From assembly GCA_025964715.1 (NCBI GenBank), contig JAOPYH010000305.1:7485-71484 (forward strand): 64,000 bases of DNA, given 5' to 3'. Below the pieces are notes generated by a model. The model was not told the origin of the DNA and did no database searches. It saw nothing but the letters and a program-made list of their open reading frames with translations. The position numbers and the translations under genes were made by a program. This stretch comes from Streptosporangiaceae bacterium (lineage in GTDB: Bacteria; Actinomycetota; Actinomycetes; Streptosporangiales; Streptosporangiaceae). This document shows positions 58,742-64,000 of the stretch, one piece after another (the first letter of the stretch is position 1; each line of letters begins with the position of its first letter).

Positions 58742-59017
58742 GTGAGTCGCGTGTACGGCGACCCGGTAGACGTGTGGGTCGTTGACGGCCGTCCGGTGCG
58801 GTTCGTCTGGAGGGGACGGCTCTACACGGTCCGGGTGGTGCTGGAGCACTGGGTCGCCACCCGGGACTGGTGGCGGGAACGGCACCCCGAGGCCGAGGAG
58901 GCCAGTGAGCGGGAGTTCTGGCGCGTCGAGGCGTCTCCGGACAAGGAGATCGGCGTCTACGAGCTTCGCTTCGATGCCGCCACGGGCGCCTGGATGCTGT
59001 CCCGGGCGTGGGACTGA
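58742..59017 (+). CDS. DUF6504-like small protein
   Basis: PVRFVWRGRLYTVR.VLEHW...WW...WRVEA...VYEL..W pattern; GGAGG RBS. Confidence 0.82.
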   Translation: MSRVYGDPVDVWVVDGRPVRFVWRGRLYTVRVVLEHWVATRDWWRERHPEAEEASEREFWRVEASPDKEIGVYELRFDAATGAWMLSRAWD

Positions 59018-59040
59018 GGCCGGTCGCGCGTGGACGCCGG

Positions 59041-59718
59041 TCACCCGGATCGGCCGGCTTGCAGCCGGCTGATCCGGAAGACCGTCATCATGCACAGGAC
59101 CGCGGCAAGTGCCTCGGTCGCCGTGGCGGCGATCGTGAGGCGCACGGCGAAGCGGCCCTGTGCGAGGGTGCCGGTGCCGGTCCCGGGGAAGATCCACATA
59201 AGGCATGCCGCGCTCAGCACACTGACCCACCAGGCCGTGATGACAACGGAGATCCCGTGCCGCTCCGCCGGCCGGCAGCGGCCGCTGTTCGCCCACGCGT
59301 CGTAGACCAGGCGCGGCGGCATCCAGAGGTTCACCACCGGGCAGAGCCAGGCCGCGATCACCCAGCCGCGTCGGTAACGCCGCAGCGGGACCTGGCGGTA
59401 GGCCAGCCACAGCCACGGCAGGTACAGCAGACCGGTGAGCACCGTCATCATCACCGAGGTGGTGAGCACGTCGGAGTAGGGCGACACCGCGCGGCCGAGT
59501 GCCGCCGCGTCATAGGACTCCGTGGTGGCGCTGTCGAGCGCCGGCATCATGCGGCTCAGGCTGATGCCCGACCCCAGGGCGACGAAGGCGTTGAAGCCGA
59601 GCAGCATGATCACCGCGAGGCCGAGCGCCCGGAGGTCGCGCCGCCGTGCCCACGCGCCGCACGCCGGGCACCGGCCCACCTGCGTGGCGAGGATGTCGCC
59701 GCATAGCGCGCAGGGCAT
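59041..59718 (-). CDS. DUF4328-like membrane protein with N-terminal zinc ribbon
   Basis: CxxC..CxxC; WLWLA, GWVIAAWLCPVVNLWMP, AWW motifs. Confidence 0.72.
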   Translation of the reverse strand: MPCALCGDILATQVGRCPACGAWARRRDLRALGLAVIMLLGFNAFVALGSGISLSRMMPALDSATTESYDAAALGRAVSPYSDVLTTSVMMTVLTGLLYLPWLWLAYRQVPLRRYRRGWVIAAWLCPVVNLWMPPRLVYDAWANSGRCRPAERHGISVVITAWWVSVLSAACLMWIFPGTGTGTLAQGRFAVRLTIAATATEALAAVLCMMTVFRISRLQAGRSG

Positions 59719-59781
59719 GACCCACCTCCGGAAACGCGACCCTCTCCGGATACTACGTAGGGCGCGCCAAAGCCGGCCAGG

Positions 59782-60153
59782 TCACAACAGTGAGTCGTGT
59801 ATGACGACGGCCGCCGCGGCGGCCAGGGCGCACCACACGCCCAGACGGACCAGACGGCCCTGTTCCGCGTCCAGCAACCGCTCCGGACGCCCTCCGGTGA
59901 CCACCGCGAGCGCCCACCAGCCCGCGGTCGCCGCGATCACGGTGTCCAGGAGCCCGTAGCCGAAGAACATGCTGCGCAGCACGATGGCGCCGAGTGTGAG
60001 CACGTGGGCCAGCACGCAGGCCCCGCGGGCCCGTCCCGGCAGTCCCCTCCACAGGCCCGCCAGCACGAGGAGCCACCCGGTCAGCGCCGCGGACCACAGA
60101 GCGGTCACCGGTCCCTGCGTGAACAGCTCAGCGAACCGACTCACCCCGCGCAC
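59782..60153 (-). CDS. Small hydrophobic membrane protein
   Basis: About four TM segments; fills gap in a minus-strand gene run; start uncertain. Confidence 0.55.
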   Translation of the reverse strand: MRGVSRFAELFTQGPVTALWSAALTGWLLVLAGLWRGLPGRARGACVLAHVLTLGAIVLRSMFFGYGLLDTVIAATAGWWALAVVTGGRPERLLDAEQGRLVRLGVWCALAAAAAVVIHDSLL

Positions 60154-60268
60154 GCACCGACAACGCCATCCCCCGGACCGTCACGGAGGCGATTGTGTCA
60201 GCCGGCCGCGCCGGCGTTCCGCAGGATCGCCTGTTCCGCCGCTCGGCGACCCCGATTCAGAGCGCCTT

Positions 60269-60493
60269 CTATTGCCAGGGAAGTCGCGAGCGGGACCGTG
60301 CCTTGACCGCGTCGGCGAACGACTGCCATTCGCGGTGGCCGAACAGCAGGACGGGACCGCCGGGGTCCTTGGAGTCGCGCACGGCCCGGTGGCCCGAGGG
60401 CAGCGAGGCCACCTCGACGCACTGGTCGCCGCTGCCGCTGTAGGAGGAGGTGCGCCAGGTGGCGCCGGCGAGTTCACGCTCCACATCGTTCAC
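60269..60493 (-). CDS. DUF397 (BldB-like) protein
   Basis: WRTSSYS...CVEVA...VRDSK.P.GP.L.F...W..F. Confidence 0.93.
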   Translation of the reverse strand: MNDVERELAGATWRTSSYSGSGDQCVEVASLPSGHRAVRDSKDPGGPVLLFGHREWQSFADAVKARSRSRLPWQ

Positions 60494-60499
60494 TGTGTG

Positions 60500-61336
60500 T
60501 TACTCCTTGGCCGCCTCGACAATGAGGCGTGTGGATTCGGCTGGGGACAGGGCAAGTGCTGTGATCTGGTCGAATCGCTTCCTGTGTTGCCCTGTTTCCT
60601 CGGCGCTTTCGAGATAAACGTCACCCATAGTGCCCTCGACGTAGGCGATGTCGGGGTCGGCGGGGTTCGGATACGACAAAATCGTGAAACGGCCGTCCAA
60701 GCCGGCGTGGGCTCCGGCGTCATAGGGGAGCACGTGGATGGTGACGTTGGGGCGCCGTGCCGCCTTCGCGAGCGCGAGCAGCTGCGAGCTCATGACGGCC
60801 GGTCCTCCGACGGGCCGCCGGACGACCGCCTCGTCGAAGACCGCGTGCAGGTGCGGGGCGTCCGGGCGGTCCAGCAGAGCCTGGCGCGCCTTACGCGCGG
60901 CGATCCGGCGATCGACGTCCTCGGGCCCCGGGAGCAGGCGTCCCGCGCTGATCACGGCCCGGGCGTAGTCCTCGGTCTGCAGGAGGCCGTGGATGAGCTG
61001 GGCGTCCCAGGTGCGGATCTCCGACGCCTCGTCCTCGAGGGCCACGTAGCTGCCGGTGAAAACGTCCACATAGGCCGTCCACCAGCCCCGCTGCCCGGTC
61101 TGCCGGGCAAGCGTCAGCAGAGCCTCGCGCTCCGCTGCCGGCGCCTCGTACAGATCCAGCAGAGCGGCCACGTCACGCTGCCGGGGCCGGGTCTGCCCGG
61201 TCTCCAGCCGGGACACCGTGGCCCGGGACCCGCCGAGCCGATCGGCGACCTCCTGCAGGGTCAGGCCCCGGTCTTCGCGCAGACGGCGAAGCTCCCGGGC
61301 CAGCCGGCGGCCTCGGACAGTGGGCCTGTATGCCAT
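60500..61336 (-). CDS. XRE HTH plus DUF5753 regulator (WhiJ-like)
   Basis: LARELRRLRE..LT..VA..VSRLETG; GWW; GLLQTEDYAR; ALSPAES. Confidence 0.92.
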   Translation of the reverse strand: MAYRPTVRGRRLARELRRLREDRGLTLQEVADRLGGSRATVSRLETGQTRPRQRDVAALLDLYEAPAAEREALLTLARQTGQRGWWTAYVDVFTGSYVALEDEASEIRTWDAQLIHGLLQTEDYARAVISAGRLLPGPEDVDRRIAARKARQALLDRPDAPHLHAVFDEAVVRRPVGGPAVMSSQLLALAKAARRPNVTIHVLPYDAGAHAGLDGRFTILSYPNPADPDIAYVEGTMGDVYLESAEETGQHRKRFDQITALALSPAESTRLIVEAAKE

Positions 61337-61378
61337 GGCACCCATCCCTCTGCGAGCGTGAGCGGTGACGGGGAACTT

Positions 61379-61419
61379 ACAGAATTTCTGTGAAGAGAGT
61401 TGTGTAAATGAGATTCTCA
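61379..61419. promoter_or_regulatory. Two related palindromes in AT-rich divergent promoter
   Basis: ACAGAA-T-TTCTGT (61379-61391) and TGAGA-T-TCTCA (61409-61419). Confidence 0.55.
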
Positions 61420-61495
61420 CGAGACTCTTGTTTGTGTGATCGGCCGGAGACTCAGTGTGACGGCAAAGTAGGGATGTAGCCGCGGGGAGGGTGCC

Positions 61496-62041
61496 TTGAA
61501 CACCTTGCCAGAGCTCACCGAACAGACGGTGACGTCGAACGACTGCTGTGGCTGGACATGGGCGCTGCCTGTGGATCCGCTGTGCGCCCGCGAGGCCCGA
61601 TGCCTGCTCGCGGGCAAGCTCGGCACCTTGGAGGTCCCTCGCGACGTGGTCGCCGACGCGGAGCTCATGATCAGCGAGTTGGCCACGAACGCCTACCGCC
61701 ACGCGCGAAGCCATGGTCCGCACGAGCTTTGGATCTTCGCTTCGGGGCAGTTGCGCGGAACGGCCACTGGACCGGACCCCTGCGAGGTCGTGTGCGCGGT
61801 GTTCGACACCCTGCCCGAGCCGAGGCTCCGGACCGACGCCGCCTTCTGCGGCGACTTCGGCCGGGGGCTGAGCATCGTGGCAGAGCTCTCGCACGGGCGG
61901 TGGGGTGTGCAGCCGGCCCGGTCGCACCTGCGCTACGGGGTGCCGGGCAAGGCCGTGTGGTTCGGCTGCGCGGTGCCACCCGCGGTGGTGGAGAGGATGG
62001 GCCGCCAGTGTGAGGATCGCCGTCACCTCAAGGTGACCTGA
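61496..62041 (+). CDS. Anti-sigma-like HATPase (AbaA-type ATP-binding protein)
   Basis: AREAR, LMISELATNAYRH, GRGLSIV, WG, GKAVWF. Confidence 0.88.
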   Translation: MNTLPELTEQTVTSNDCCGWTWALPVDPLCAREARCLLAGKLGTLEVPRDVVADAELMISELATNAYRHARSHGPHELWIFASGQLRGTATGPDPCEVVCAVFDTLPEPRLRTDAAFCGDFGRGLSIVAELSHGRWGVQPARSHLRYGVPGKAVWFGCAVPPAVVERMGRQCEDRRHLKVT

Positions 62042-62153
62042 TCCCGTCATGCGACACCGCTGGTGGGTCACTTATACGGCGAGGTGTCCCTTATGTCATT
62101 CTGGGCGGGCGACGGACGGGGCTCGGCACGGCGATCGGGGAAAGGCGGCCGGG

Positions 62154-63530
62154 GTGAACATCCCACGTCTGGTCGTGGCGGCGCCGGCCTCCGGGACCGG
62201 CCAGACCACGGTCGCCACGGGACTGATGGCCGCCCTCGCCGCAGGCGGGCTCACGGTCTCACCCCACAAGGTGGGACCGGACCAGACCGCTCCCGGCTAT
62301 CACGCGCTGGCGACGGGCCGCGCCGGCCGCAACCTCGATCCCTGGCTCACGTCCGAGAAGCTGATCGCGCCGCTGTTCCTGCGGGGCGCCGCCGGTGCCG
62401 ATGTGGCCGTCGTCGAAGGCACGATGGGCCTGTACGACGGCGCCGAGGGCGAGGGCGCGTTCGCCTCGACGGCGCATGTCGCCGACCTGATCCAGGCGCC
62501 CGTCGTTCTGGTGGTGGACGCGGCGTCGGCGGGCCGGTCCCTGGCCGCCGTCGTGCACGGTTTCCGGACCTTCGGGGACGTACGGATCGGCGGCGTCGTG
62601 CTCGACCGGATCGGTTCGGACCGCCACGAGGCGATCTGCCGGGACGCCGTCGAGGAGGCTGGGCTGCCGGTGCTCGGAGTGCTGCGCCCGGGCCACGGAG
62701 CGGCGGCCCGGGCCCCAGGTCTCGGTCCGCGGCCGGCGGCTGAGCGACCAGCGGACGCGGCCGAGGAGGTCCGCGGGCTGGGCGCCCTGATCGCCGGCTC
62801 CTGCGACCTCGACGCGCTCCTGGCCCTCGCCTGCTCGGCGCCGTCCCTCACCGCCGAGCCCTGGAGCACGCCCGGCCCCGTGCGATCCCGGCCCGGCTTG
62901 GTGATCGCGGTCGCCGGGGGCCCGGCCTTCACGTCCGGATACGCCGAGCACGCCGAGCTGCTCGAGGCCGCGGGCGCCGAGGTCGCCGTGTTCGACCCCC
63001 TGCGTGACGAGACGCTGCCGGAGGGGACGCGCGGCCTCGTCATCGGAGGCGGGCACCCGGAGCGGCACGCCGCCGAACTGTCCGCCAACGAATCCCTGCG
63101 CACCGAAATCCGCACCGAAATCGCCGCCCTCGCCGCCTCCGGACACCCGCCCGGCCCAGGGCCTCGCGGTCTCCCGGTCTACGCGGAGTCCGCGGGTCTG
63201 CTCTATCTCAGCCGCGCGCTGGACGGCGTGCCCATGTGCGGCGTGATCGACGCGACCGCCACCATGCGAGCCACACCGGCCCTCGGCTACCGCACGGCGG
63301 TGGCGGTCGCCGACTCGTCCGTGGCCCGGCTGGGTGAGCGGGTACGCGGCCATGAAGTGCGCCGCGCCGACGTCGTGCCCGGCCCCGGACCCGCACCCTC
63401 GGCCGCGTGGCAGTGGTCGAAGGCGGGCCCGGACGGCTTCGTCCGGGCGAATTGCGTTGCGTCGCATCTGCATCTGCACTGGGCTGGGAGCCCTCAGCTG
63501 GTGCGCCGATTCATGGAGAGCTGCGCATGA
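62154..63530 (+). CDS. cobB: Cobyrinate a,c-diamide synthase homologue with degenerate active sites
   Basis: Colinear CobB/CbiA architecture (KVGPD, RNLD, VEG.MGLYDG, STA.VA, FDPLRD, GHE, LHLHW), but GKT is GQT and AEC is AES. Confidence 0.85.
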   Translation: MNIPRLVVAAPASGTGQTTVATGLMAALAAGGLTVSPHKVGPDQTAPGYHALATGRAGRNLDPWLTSEKLIAPLFLRGAAGADVAVVEGTMGLYDGAEGEGAFASTAHVADLIQAPVVLVVDAASAGRSLAAVVHGFRTFGDVRIGGVVLDRIGSDRHEAICRDAVEEAGLPVLGVLRPGHGAAARAPGLGPRPAAERPADAAEEVRGLGALIAGSCDLDALLALACSAPSLTAEPWSTPGPVRSRPGLVIAVAGGPAFTSGYAEHAELLEAAGAEVAVFDPLRDETLPEGTRGLVIGGGHPERHAAELSANESLRTEIRTEIAALAASGHPPGPGPRGLPVYAESAGLLYLSRALDGVPMCGVIDATATMRATPALGYRTAVAVADSSVARLGERVRGHEVRRADVVPGPGPAPSAAWQWSKAGPDGFVRANCVASHLHLHWAGSPQLVRRFMESCA

Positions 63531-64000
63531 CTTTCGACAAGGGGATGACTCTGACCACGGAGCGGCTCATGCTGCGGCCGTTCGGCGAGGCCGACATCGA
63601 CGCGGTCCTGAGGGTCGCCGACGATCCCGAGATGTTGCGGTGGATGCCGTGGGCCGGGGACCAGACACCCGAGCGGGCCGTCGCGTGGTGCACGATCGAC
63701 GCGCACGGAGATCCGAGCTCCCAGATCCACTTCGCCATGGTGGGTGAGAGCGGCAGCTGTGACGGCTCGATCGGGCTGAGCCGGGCCTCCTTCGAGGGAG
63801 GCCGGGTGGAGATCGGCTACTGGGTCGGCGCGTGGGCACGCGGCCGCGGCTATGGCGCGGAGGCGGCCCGAGCCGTGTCGGCTTACGCCTTCAGCAAGGG
63901 GCTGCACCGGGTCGAACTGCTGGCCGCGACGGGCAACGTCGCCTCCCAGCGCGTCGCGGTGCGGGCCGGGTTCACTCGCGAGGGTGTGCTCCGCGAGGCG
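63527..64000 (+). CDS. RimJ/RimL-type GNAT acetyltransferase (3' truncated by window)
   Basis: LTTERLMLRPF, EIGYW, ARGRGYG, GNVASQRVA..AGF..EG; ATGA overlap with the cobB stop. Confidence 0.88.
   Translation, partial: MTFDKGMTLTTERLMLRPFGEADIDAVLRVADDPEMLRWMPWAGDQTPERAVAWCTIDAHGDPSSQIHFAMVGESGSCDGSIGLSRASFEGGRVEIGYWVGAWARGRGYGAEAARAVSAYAFSKGLHRVELLAATGNVASQRVAVRAGFTREGVLREA

Overview
High-GC actinobacterial chromosomal window; gene content suggests a filamentous actinomycete, possibly Streptosporangiales (inference). It is mostly housekeeping and metabolic DNA: a DASS transporter, SDR-NUDIX pair, DinB, tRNA-Leu(TAG), bcp, a 1785-aa TPR-like solenoid, purU, a glycine-riboswitch-controlled gcvT-gcvH-glyA-sdaA operon, an RseP-like protease, Cds1-type cysteine desulfhydrase, LigB, a TetR/monooxygenase pair, a stand-alone rpsD, an Opp ABC system divergent from M55/M20 peptidases, WS/DGAT, ung, a Ser/Thr kinase, an MFS pump, a LexA-boxed DUF6504-like gene, a DUF397/XRE/ATPase triad and a cobB-like gene coupled to a GNAT. 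I saw no transposase, integrase, prophage or CRISPR array. The best leads are: (1) an intact CobB homologue with the P-loop Lys and glutaminase Cys both substituted; (2) a 550-bp gene-free interval holding a strong SD, a 12-codon ORF, alternative hairpins and a terminator; (3) a voltage-sensor-like membrane protein with no K+ filter motif; (4) a Cys-motif-free rpsD behind a SigB-like promoter and structured leader; (5) the giant repeat-only protein. All family assignments come from motif recognition, not database searches.
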